Shown here piece by piece: positions 19,556 through 28,267 of a stretch of 64,000 nucleotides of DNA. Each line of letters begins with the position of its first letter. The stretch's first letter is position 1. The position numbers and the translations under genes are program-made. The notes beneath the pieces are model-generated. The model was not told the origin of the DNA. It saw nothing but the letters and a program-made list of their open reading frames with translations, and did no database searches. The DNA is from Candidatus Bathyarchaeota archaeon (lineage in GTDB: Archaea; Thermoproteota; Bathyarchaeia; Bathyarchaeales; Bathycorpusculaceae): NCBI GenBank assembly GCA_963826715.1, contig CAWGYA010000008.1, positions 1 through 64,000 on the forward strand, given 5' to 3'.

Positions 19556-19930
19556 ATGAAAAGAATGTTAGAATATTCAAATAAGAAGACAATTGAAATT
19601 TCAAAACCAGATATGGAGATATACGCCCTCCAAGCAGAGATATCAAAGACACTATCGCACCCCTTAAGAATCGCCATTATTCACTCATTGCGAGATACCG
19701 AGAAAACAGTAAATCAACTAACTATAGAACTGGGCGCTAGCCAATCAAACGTATCCCAACATTTAGCAATAATGAGGCAAAGGCAAATAGTCCAAACAAG
19801 AAAAGAAGGTTCATCAGTATTCTATAGCGTAACAAACCCAAAAATCAGTCAAGCCTGCGACATGGTCAGAGAAGTCCTCTATGAACAATTAAACCAGAGA
19901 CACAAGATGGCAAAAACATTCGCATTATAG
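19556..19930 (+). CDS. ArsR/SmtB family transcriptional regulator
   Basis: KTLSHPLRIAI, SQSNVSQHLAIMR and RKEGSSVFY. The true start is probably further downstream (for example ATG 19613). Confidence 0.92.
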   Translation: MKRMLEYSNKKTIEISKPDMEIYALQAEISKTLSHPLRIAIIHSLRDTEKTVNQLTIELGASQSNVSQHLAIMRQRQIVQTRKEGSSVFYSVTNPKISQACDMVREVLYEQLNQRHKMAKTFAL

Positions 19931-19942
19931 GAGGAAAATAAT

Positions 19943-20119
19943 TTGTGCCCTTTTGGTTTAGGATGTGGATGCGGCGGTTGGGGATCAAGCAGCGATAAAA
20001 AAGAAGTTACCCGTGAAGTAGTTCGAGAAATCGTTATGATTCCCTGCAAATACTGCGGAACCCTCTTTCAACAAACAGCTACTTTCTGCCCTAATTGCGG
20101 AGCTAGAAGAACAACTTAA
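19943..20119 (+). CDS. Small Cys-rich zinc-ribbon protein (58 aa)
   Basis: Below the ORF-track cutoff. TTG start after a GGAGG RBS: MCPFGLGCGCGGWGSSSDKKEVTREVVREIVMIPCKYCGTLFQQTATFCPNCGARRTT. Confidence 0.8.
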   Translation: MCPFGLGCGCGGWGSSSDKKEVTREVVREIVMIPCKYCGTLFQQTATFCPNCGARRTT

Positions 20120-20156
20120 TTACAAGAGTAATATACAACAAAATAGGAGATTTCAT

Positions 20157-20879
20157 TTGCCAAAATTCAAACCCTTAACTTCGCTTCTAGCTGTCGTTGT
20201 CCTCACAGCGACACTGATTTTCCCTGTTATGGCGGCTTCATACAATCCGGGAGTCACAGTGGGGCAGTATGTAAAATACGGAAATTTCGTTGGAGTAGGA
20301 CCAGGCGCGGAAGCATTTAATGACTACAACTGGCTAAAACTTGAGGTAACAGATGTTTATGGAAAAGCAGTCACTTTACTTTCCACAAGTCAATTCAAAA
20401 ATGGAACAGCAATCGCAGGCAATGGAACCATATCCGTTTGGAATATAGAAAAAGGAACTGAAAACGGCATTCCTAGCACACAAGGGCCCATAATCCCAGC
20501 AAACCTAAATCAGGGAGATTCAATCCCGCCCCCAAGTACATATAAAATCAACAGTACTGAAAGCCGAACATACTTAGGCATTAGTCGAACAGTGAACATT
20601 CTTGATGCATCAATATCAACTCCAGACTATAACGCAACGTTAACGTATATTTACGACAAAAACTCGGGAATGCTCCTTGAATCAACAACTCAAACTACAA
20701 CCCAAAGTGACCCACAACCCGTTACTACAACGATTTCATATAGAGTGATTGAAACCAACATTTTTGGTTCCAACCCTTCCCCATCTGTTCCAGAGTTCCC
20801 TACGTCAATTGTCGCCATAACAGCAGTAGCCCTAATAGGCGTAGCATTAGCACTAATTTTAGTGAAGAAGAAAAGATAG
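20157..20879 (+). CDS. Exported surface protein with a PEF-type C-terminal sorting signal
   Basis: Signal peptide. C-terminus VPEFP, then a TM helix, then KKKR (archaeosortase-type tripartite signal). Confidence 0.8.
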   Translation: MPKFKPLTSLLAVVVLTATLIFPVMAASYNPGVTVGQYVKYGNFVGVGPGAEAFNDYNWLKLEVTDVYGKAVTLLSTSQFKNGTAIAGNGTISVWNIEKGTENGIPSTQGPIIPANLNQGDSIPPPSTYKINSTESRTYLGISRTVNILDASISTPDYNATLTYIYDKNSGMLLESTTQTTTQSDPQPVTTTISYRVIETNIFGSNPSPSVPEFPTSIVAITAVALIGVALALILVKKKR

Positions 20880-20928
20880 AGTACCAAATACCAATTTTTG
20901 GATTTGGGTTATCTTCCAACTCGGAAGG

Positions 20929-22173
20929 TTACTGATAGATATTAGTCCCGTTTAACCACTTGACCCCTGTTATTTCCGACAAATCTCTTTTAAGACAAAC
21001 CAAGTCGTCGATGTCCAATTTTCTGACATCAGATTTCCCAACAATTCTAGCAAAATTCGCTACTTCTAGAGTTGATACATTCATAAAATTGGTCAATCTA
21101 CGGATTCCCTCCTCGACATCTAGCCGCCCAGCCAAAGCAGGATCATTTGTTGTAACTCCAGTTGGACAAAATCCAGTGTGACAAAGTCGGTATTGCTCAC
21201 AATTAATGGCTATTAAAGCAGATGTCCCTATATAGACTGCGTCTGCTCCAAGTGCAAGGCACTTCGCAAAATCAGAAGAAGTTCTCAATCCTCCGCCAGC
21301 TATGAGGCTTACATTATTCCTTATACCTATTTTTTTCAAATGCCTAACTGCTCTTGGAAGAGCTGCAAGAATAGGAATACCCACATTTTCCCGGACAAAG
21401 GAGTCAGTTGCGCCTGTTCCACCGCCAAAACCATCAAGCGTAATGAAGTCTACACCACCTTCAACCAGCACTTCTACATCCCGTTCTACATCACCACAGC
21501 CTATTTTAGCCCCTATTGGAACCCCACCTGTCAGTATACGCAACTCCGTTATTTTTTCCTTGAGCTCGTCTTTATTTCTGATATCAGGGTGATGCGCAGG
21601 AGAAATCGCATCCTCATTCTCCCGAAGCCCCATCAATTGCGCTACTTCTTGCGACATCTTTTTTGCAGGCAAAACACTCTCCCACCCAGGATAAGCACCT
21701 TGACCAAATCTAATTTCAACAGCAGCAACGCATTTCAGAATTTGCTCTGTTAAAAGAAATCTGCCCGTAGCATACTGAACAATAAGATGATTCGATGCAA
21801 CATCTAGCTCCTCGGGCAAAACAATATCCTCACCTGAGTTCACTCCAACCCTCAAGTTCGCAGCCACTCTTGCCAAAATCAACCGCACATTCTTTGAAAC
21901 AGCTCCATAACTCATTCCCGAAAACATAATTGGTGAGGAAACCTTCAGGGGTTTTTTCGCGTTGGGTCCAATAATAACCCCTGTGTTAACGGCTTCGTTT
22001 CTGTTGAGGGGAACTTTGAAAATTTGAGCAGGCACAAAATGAAGATCAGAAAAAGCAAACGGCATTCTTTTGAGTGACCCCATGGAACGCATAATACCCG
22101 TCCCTTTATCGGCGATAGCCTTTATGTCAATCATTTCGGAACAAAAGTCTTCTTTGGTTGGATTTTTCTTCAT
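20929..22173 (-). CDS. Stand-alone FMN-binding glutamate synthase family protein
   Basis: Motifs MSYGAVS, NSGE, EIRFGQGA, ISPAHHPDI, DGFGGGTG and KCLALGADAV, plus a CxxxxxCxxxxC cluster motif. Confidence 0.9.
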   Translation of the reverse strand: MKKNPTKEDFCSEMIDIKAIADKGTGIMRSMGSLKRMPFAFSDLHFVPAQIFKVPLNRNEAVNTGVIIGPNAKKPLKVSSPIMFSGMSYGAVSKNVRLILARVAANLRVGVNSGEDIVLPEELDVASNHLIVQYATGRFLLTEQILKCVAAVEIRFGQGAYPGWESVLPAKKMSQEVAQLMGLRENEDAISPAHHPDIRNKDELKEKITELRILTGGVPIGAKIGCGDVERDVEVLVEGGVDFITLDGFGGGTGATDSFVRENVGIPILAALPRAVRHLKKIGIRNNVSLIAGGGLRTSSDFAKCLALGADAVYIGTSALIAINCEQYRLCHTGFCPTGVTTNDPALAGRLDVEEGIRRLTNFMNVSTLEVANFARIVGKSDVRKLDIDDLVCLKRDLSEITGVKWLNGTNIYQ

Positions 22174-22558
22174 TTAATTTCCTCTGAGATTCAGCTACTT
22201 CATGCTAAACAGTAACCTACTTAACCTATTCTTTTGCTTTCACATTAATGTTCTATAAACAATTATTGTCAAAAACTTAAGAAACTCTATATCATAAAAA
22301 TTACATGATTAGGTATCCGATAATCTTAAAAAAAAGGTTAGACGAGTGATGCCTATCTGCAGAGCGTTCAATCCCATTCGATCCAATAAATACATCAATT
22401 AAAATAAAGAAAACACAATTCGCAGATCCATCAACTCTGCACCTGGGTTAGAATCAAAAACCCTTCACGAAAACGTTTTAACAATGCATCTGTAGCAGCA
22501 AGATGTATAAAACGAAAACTGGATAATGTTTAAGCCAACCCCTAAACTTGATGGAAAT

Positions 22559-22771
22559 TTAACAAAAATTGTTTAAAGCAACTTTTTGTTTTCTACGAAC
22601 TCTTCCTTCATCTAATAAAGCTGAAATCTCAGCATCAGTTATTCCAAAAGGGAGAAAATCCTTATGAACGCGCTCAATGTGCAACCTAACCTCAATTACA
22701 GCAGTTTTTTTATCACTAAAAGTTCCAAAATCATAGCCGCAAGGGCAGTGACCTCTGATTTCCTTTTTCAA
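22559..22771 (-). CDS. Small hypothetical protein, possibly metal-binding (CPC...H...H)
   Basis: 70 aa with HCPCG and HIERVH. TATA (TTTATATA on the - strand) at 22796-22803. Confidence 0.55.
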   Translation of the reverse strand: MKKEIRGHCPCGYDFGTFSDKKTAVIEVRLHIERVHKDFLPFGITDAEISALLDEGRVRRKQKVALNNFC

Positions 22772-23068
22772 ATAGGTCCACTTCCAAGGTTACGCTATAT
22801 AAAGAAATAAATTAGAATATTAACTTAAGTGATAGGGACACGACAGTCACAACTCATACTTTTTAGTCTATTCATGTGTTATTTTATTAACTTTTGAATT
22901 GACAGATCAGTTTTTTGGATGAAAACTGCATGCATACGGGCACAACAGACATAAAGGACGGAAAACAAACTATTGAAGGAAGCAAAATAATGCTTAAGAA
23001 CCGTGAATTTGTCTTATTAATGAAAACAAAAGCCAATCTGTTGTTGAGAACATCTTGCTTCTCAAACA

Positions 23069-24259
23069 ATGAGCTGGCATAAAATGATCAATAAATTTGT
23101 GCTGGATAATAGCCCAAAACGTATCGGATATTTGAGCTCTTATCCCCCAAGAGAATGCGGCATAGCAAATTTCACAAAAGACTTAATTGATGCCATTTCT
23201 GAAATTAATGACTTTAAGCATTCTATAATTGCCATAAACGAAAAAGGCGGAATATACGATTACGATAGGCGGGTTAAATTCAAAATTGACCGCGACAATA
23301 AAGAAGACTACGTTAAGGCTGCTGAATACGTTAACGCGTCAAATATCCAGATAGTAGTTATTCAACATGAGTTCGGTCTCTTTGGAGGAGACCATGGTGA
23401 ATACATTAAAATCTTCTTAGAAAATGTCAAAAAACCAATAATCACCACTCTCCACACAGTGCAACCTGATTTTGACCCCAAAACAATTGAAGTTTTAAGA
23501 AACATAGTTGAAAGAAGCGAAGCAATCGTAGTAATCGCACATGCAGCAATCAATATGCTAAAAAACCAAGCAATACCCTACAAGAAATGTGTAGCGATTC
23601 CACATGGCTGCCCAAGTATTGACTGTACAAACAACAAATCAGTCAAAGAATCCCTAAGTCTAAATGGACGCCTGATTGCTTCGACCTTCGGACTAATAAG
23701 TCGCGGCAAAGGAATCGAATACGTTATTCAAGCTCTTCCCGAGGTAATTAAAAAGGAACCAAAAATAATTTACCTCATCATAGGAGAAACGCATCCTGAA
23801 GTCAGAAAACATGAAGGCGAAAAATACCGAAATGAACTAACGAAACTTGTTAGTGACCTCGGTTTGGAAGAACACGTTAGATTCACAAACAGATTCATCA
23901 CAAAACGTGAACTAATTAAGTTTCTCCAAGCCACCGACATTTACTTAACACCTTATATTTCCCCTAACCAAATCAGCAGTGGTACTCTTATCTATGCCCT
24001 TGGCGCCGGAAAAGCTGTTGTATCTACACCATACTATCACGCTCAAGAAGTCTTGGCCAACGACAGAGGAATACTATGCAAATTTGAAGACTCGAACTCA
24101 ATTTCGGAAGGCATAAACAAACTCTTAGACGAACGCGTCCGTATTGAGATTCAAAAAAGAGCTTACAAGTACAGTAGACGGTTCCTCTGGAAAAATGTTG
24201 CGCTAAAATACATAAATCTCATTAATGCAGTAACTGAAAAACGCGTGAGCCCAAGTTGA
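23069..24259 (+). CDS. Glycosyltransferase family 4
   Basis: Motifs SSYPPRECGIANFT, QHEFGLFGG, TLHT, IPHG, FGLISRGKGIE, SSGTL and STPY. Confidence 0.93.
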   Translation: MSWHKMINKFVLDNSPKRIGYLSSYPPRECGIANFTKDLIDAISEINDFKHSIIAINEKGGIYDYDRRVKFKIDRDNKEDYVKAAEYVNASNIQIVVIQHEFGLFGGDHGEYIKIFLENVKKPIITTLHTVQPDFDPKTIEVLRNIVERSEAIVVIAHAAINMLKNQAIPYKKCVAIPHGCPSIDCTNNKSVKESLSLNGRLIASTFGLISRGKGIEYVIQALPEVIKKEPKIIYLIIGETHPEVRKHEGEKYRNELTKLVSDLGLEEHVRFTNRFITKRELIKFLQATDIYLTPYISPNQISSGTLIYALGAGKAVVSTPYYHAQEVLANDRGILCKFEDSNSISEGINKLLDERVRIEIQKRAYKYSRRFLWKNVALKYINLINAVTEKRVSPS

Positions 24260-25290
24260 TTACTTTTCCAATAAACCTAGATTTTGTCAAAACATTAACG
24301 GATGATTTAGGAATCCTCCAACACTCGAAATACGCAACCCCTAATAAAAAAGAAGGATACGCAACAGATGACAATGCAAGAGCCCTAATTGTAGCAACAA
24401 ATTACTGCACACTTTTTAACGATCCAAGTGTTAAGAAACTGATTGAAACATATCTGAGCCTATTACTCTTCATGCAGAGACCTGACGGCAAAATGCACAA
24501 CTTCCTCAGTTATGATCGTCAGTTTTTGGATCAAGTAGGTTCTGAGGATTGTATGGGTCGAACGCTTTGGGCATGCGGATACTGCTTGGACTCGAAATTA
24601 CCCGAGGAAACAAAATACCTCTCGAAAGAGATTTTTGATAAGCTTTTTAGGTGGAGTCTAAGCTTTAAATCACCAAGAACAAAAGCATTCTCAATTATTG
24701 GATTGTATCATTATCAGAAAGCCCATCCAGAGGATCAAAATGTCAAAATAAATATGCGCGCACTTGCTGACCAGTTGACTGGCCACTTTGAAGTGGAATC
24801 TTCCAAAGGGTGGGACTGGTTTGAAACCTATCTAACTTACTGCAATGCACGATTACCTCATTCGCTTTTTTTGGCATACGAGGTCACTAGAGAAAAAAAG
24901 TATCTTCAAGTAGCTTCGAAATCCCTGAAATTTCTAATAGATATCCAAACCATAAATGAAATATTCGTCCCTATTGGGAATCGGGGATGGTACAGAAAAG
25001 GATCTAACAGGGCAATCTATGATCAACAGCCCGTTGAGGCAGCTTGCACAACAGAAGCCTCAATCGCTGCTTTTAGAAACACCAACGAAGAAGACTATCT
25101 TAATTCAGCTTATACCGCTTTTGAATGGTTCTTGGGGCGGAACCTAAAAAGTCTAAAGCTATATGATCCGGAAAACGGTAGCTGCCACGATGGCTTAACA
25201 CCCCAAGGACTAAATCTAAACAAGGGCGCCGAGGCTACACTATCTTACCTCCAAGCTCGTCTAAACTTAGAAGAAATAAAACAAGTTTGA
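24256..25290 (+). CDS. (alpha/alpha)6 six-hairpin-like protein, GT4-associated
   Basis: Motifs LTDDLGILQH, GYATDDNARAL, SEDCMGRTLWA, WFETYLTYCNARLP, YDQQPVEA and N.GAEATL. Start overlaps the GT4 stop. Confidence 0.8.
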   Translation: MITFPINLDFVKTLTDDLGILQHSKYATPNKKEGYATDDNARALIVATNYCTLFNDPSVKKLIETYLSLLLFMQRPDGKMHNFLSYDRQFLDQVGSEDCMGRTLWACGYCLDSKLPEETKYLSKEIFDKLFRWSLSFKSPRTKAFSIIGLYHYQKAHPEDQNVKINMRALADQLTGHFEVESSKGWDWFETYLTYCNARLPHSLFLAYEVTREKKYLQVASKSLKFLIDIQTINEIFVPIGNRGWYRKGSNRAIYDQQPVEAACTTEASIAAFRNTNEEDYLNSAYTAFEWFLGRNLKSLKLYDPENGSCHDGLTPQGLNLNKGAEATLSYLQARLNLEEIKQV

Positions 25291-25407
25291 TTCATTTAAA
25301 AAAATAAAAAACCAGATCAAAAAAATATTTTTAAACTCAAAAGTTTATGCGTAATTCACATCATTTATTAATTCGTAACTTTTGATTAAGAATGGTAATG
25401 GATTAAC

Positions 25408-25782
25408 ATGATGACCCGGGATTTAATGCTAACAGAGGTAGTTACCTCACACGCAGACATCTCTGTAAAAGAAATAATTGATATTCTTTTCAAAAGACAC
25501 ATTGGTTCCGTTGTAATTGTGGACGAGGCGAATCAATGTATAGGAATCTTCACTGAACGCGATGCCATTAGAATCGTAGCCCAAAGTTTACCACTAGATT
25601 CAACAGTAGAAAAAGTCATGACTAAAAATCCTTTCACTGTTAACGAAGATTCAACTTTTGAAGAAGCAAAAAAAATCATCAAATTTAATAAGATTCGGCA
25701 TCTTCCCGTAACAGCCGCAGATGGAAAACTAGTTGGACTTATATCAGTTAGGCACATATTGAATGAACTTTTTGAACTTTAA
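25408..25782 (+). CDS. CBS-pair protein
   Basis: IGSVVIVD...GIFTERD and IRHLPV...GLIS. Confidence 0.92.
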   Translation: MMTRDLMLTEVVTSHADISVKEIIDILFKRHIGSVVIVDEANQCIGIFTERDAIRIVAQSLPLDSTVEKVMTKNPFTVNEDSTFEEAKKIIKFNKIRHLPVTAADGKLVGLISVRHILNELFEL

Positions 25783-25799
25783 CTGAAAAACAAAACGAC

Positions 25800-26708
25800 G
25801 TGGGGAAGAAAAAAGTGAAAAGGTATGCGCATAATCCTATACTTGAGCCGATAGGAACCCATGCTTGGGAATCAAGCTTGGTCTTCAACGCAGCAGCATT
25901 CGCAGCTAATAATCGCGTCCACATTCTCTATAGAGCAATGGGTAATGATAATGTTTCACGTATAGGACTAGCATCCTCCGCGGATGGCTATAACATAGAT
26001 GAACGTTTACCTCTACCCGTTTTTACCCCATCCAATGACACAGAAAGCCAAGGTTGTGAGGATCCTCGACTAAGTATATTTGGAAATTCACTAATCATGG
26101 CATATACGGCCTTTGGAAACCATTTTCAACATCAAGTTTACCAAATCGCTTTAACGTCAATAGACATAGACGATTTTTTAGGCAGAAGATGGAAATGGGG
26201 CGAAAGGATTTTGTCTTTTCCAGGGATCCATAACAAAGATGCAGTGCTATTTCCTCAGAAATTCAACGGAGACTACGTAATGTTTCATAGATTAGAACCT
26301 GATCTTTGCATCGCCCGCTCAAACGACCTACGTCGATGGTCCGACTTAAAATTCATTTTAGGTCCACGAGATAAAGGGTGGGATTCATGGAAAGTTGGCG
26401 CTGCAGGACCACCTTTTTTAGTAAATGAAGGCTGGCTTTTAATCTACCATGGAGTGAGCGCGGATAGAGTGTATTCCTTAGGCGTTGCACTGCTGGATAA
26501 GAATAACCCTGAGCAAGTTCTCTATCGTTCCGAAGAGCCAATCTTGACACCTACTGAAGATTATGAACGTTTTGGCAAAGTTCCTAACGTAGTTTTCAGC
26601 TGTGGACAAGTTATGATGGACGGCCAACTTTTAATCTACTACGGTGCCGCAGACAGTACTTTATGCGTAGCGACTGCGGATCTTGCTGAACTTTTGCCAA
26701 AAAAATAA
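25800..26708 (+). CDS. Glycoside hydrolase family 130 (beta-mannoside phosphorylase/hydrolase)
   Basis: Motifs NPILEP, VFNAAA, LYRA, GCEDPR, YTA, NKDAVLFP, LIYHG, VPNVVFSCG and YYGAAD. Confidence 0.92.
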   Translation: MGKKKVKRYAHNPILEPIGTHAWESSLVFNAAAFAANNRVHILYRAMGNDNVSRIGLASSADGYNIDERLPLPVFTPSNDTESQGCEDPRLSIFGNSLIMAYTAFGNHFQHQVYQIALTSIDIDDFLGRRWKWGERILSFPGIHNKDAVLFPQKFNGDYVMFHRLEPDLCIARSNDLRRWSDLKFILGPRDKGWDSWKVGAAGPPFLVNEGWLLIYHGVSADRVYSLGVALLDKNNPEQVLYRSEEPILTPTEDYERFGKVPNVVFSCGQVMMDGQLLIYYGAADSTLCVATADLAELLPKK

Positions 26709-26767
26709 TTGCAATATAGATTTAAAGAAAGAGTGGTTGTTACTGGCTTCCATCAGCTTTATCAACA

Positions 26768-27997
26768 TTATATATTTGTTGATACAAGCTTCTTGTGAAG
26801 CCTTTTTGCTACTTCATCAATGAATTCCTCGGTGTAAACTTTTCTATTACTCGGGTTCGGTTGGGCAACAAGCAACAAATCACCAGTCATAACTCCACTT
26901 TCGATAATTTCAATAGCTGCTTCTTCAATCTTTTTTGCCAACTTTACAACAGTGGGAGTCCCATCTAATTCCCCTCTTTTTCTAAGGGCACCTGTCCAAG
27001 CAAAAATCAACGCCATTGAATTGGTAGAAGTTTTTTCTCCCTTCAAGTATTTGTAGTAGTGCTTCTGAACCGTACCATGAGAAGCCTCAAACTCATAGAA
27101 CCCCTCAGGGCTGACAAGAACCGAAGTCATCATCGCCAAGCTACCATAAGCTGACCCCAACATGTCACTCATAACATCGCCATCATAGTTCTTACAAGCC
27201 CAAAGCAATCCGCCCTCTGTCTTGATTATTCTAGCAACTGCATCATCTATCAGAGTAAAGAAATATTCAAGATCTTCCGCCTCAAACTTTGACTTCCAGT
27301 TATCTCGGTATTCTTGACTGAAAATCTTTCGAAATTGAGCATCATAAGTTTTAGAGATCGTATCCTTAACACCAAACCAAACATGAAGTTTCTGGTCATA
27401 GGCATATGTGAAACATGCTTTCGCAAAACTAGAAATCGATTTATCAGTGTTATGTATACCCTGAACAACCCCTGGACCCTTGAAATCGTGAATCGTTCCA
27501 CGCCAAAGCTCCACGCCAACATTATTAGTGAACACTATCTCTGCTTTTCCTGCTTCAGGTACCCTGTATTCACAGTTCTTGTAAATATCTCCATAAGCGT
27601 GCCTTCCAATGTGAATTGGTTTCTTCCAAGATCTAACCGCAGGCAAAATGTTTTTCACAAGAATCGGCGCCCGAAAAACAGTCCCATCTAATGCAGCTCT
27701 GATGGTCCCATTGGGACTACTCCACTCTTGCTTTAAGTTATACTCTTTTATACGGTCCTTATTGGGTGTGATAGTAGCACATTTGACCCCAACACCATAC
27801 TTCTTTATCGCCTCAGCGGCTTCAATCGTTATTTTATCATTAGTTTCATCTCTCTTTTCAAGCCCCAAATCATAGTAAACAAGATCTATTTCGAAATAGG
27901 GCAAAATTAGTTTTTCTTTCACCATTTTCCACATAACACGGGTCATTTCGTCTCCATCTAACTCAACGAGAGGTGATTTAACTTTTAGCTTATCCAT
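26768..27997 (-). CDS. icd: Isocitrate dehydrogenase, NADP-dependent, type II (eukaryote-like subfamily)
   Basis: Motifs [37 protein letters not shown] and HGTV. Confidence 0.95.
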   Translation of the reverse strand: MDKLKVKSPLVELDGDEMTRVMWKMVKEKLILPYFEIDLVYYDLGLEKRDETNDKITIEAAEAIKKYGVGVKCATITPNKDRIKEYNLKQEWSSPNGTIRAALDGTVFRAPILVKNILPAVRSWKKPIHIGRHAYGDIYKNCEYRVPEAGKAEIVFTNNVGVELWRGTIHDFKGPGVVQGIHNTDKSISSFAKACFTYAYDQKLHVWFGVKDTISKTYDAQFRKIFSQEYRDNWKSKFEAEDLEYFFTLIDDAVARIIKTEGGLLWACKNYDGDVMSDMLGSAYGSLAMMTSVLVSPEGFYEFEASHGTVQKHYYKYLKGEKTSTNSMALIFAWTGALRKRGELDGTPTVVKLAKKIEEAAIEIIESGVMTGDLLLVAQPNPSNRKVYTEEFIDEVAKRLHKKLVSTNI

Positions 27998-28267
27998 TAT
28001 ATTTCCTCTTTTGGCGAACTTGACTCTTTAGGAAGCAAACCAACCTCATAAAGTGTATGTTTTCTATCAAATTACCCGACGACATCCGAAACAAACAAAT
28101 AGAAAATAAATTATTGTAGGGAGAGTTTGCTGAGGCTCTGGAATAGGAGAAATGCAAACAGGATAACTATGGCTTTTTTACTATAATTTAACCAGAGAGC
28201 CTTCTCAGCCCATTATTGTCGATTAATTAAAATAAACAAAAAAAGAAGGTTGATTGATTTTTGATAG

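Noticed and set aside
22200-22550. Possible decayed gene in the spacer after the glutamate synthase-like gene
   Set aside because: No frame gives a convincing motif.
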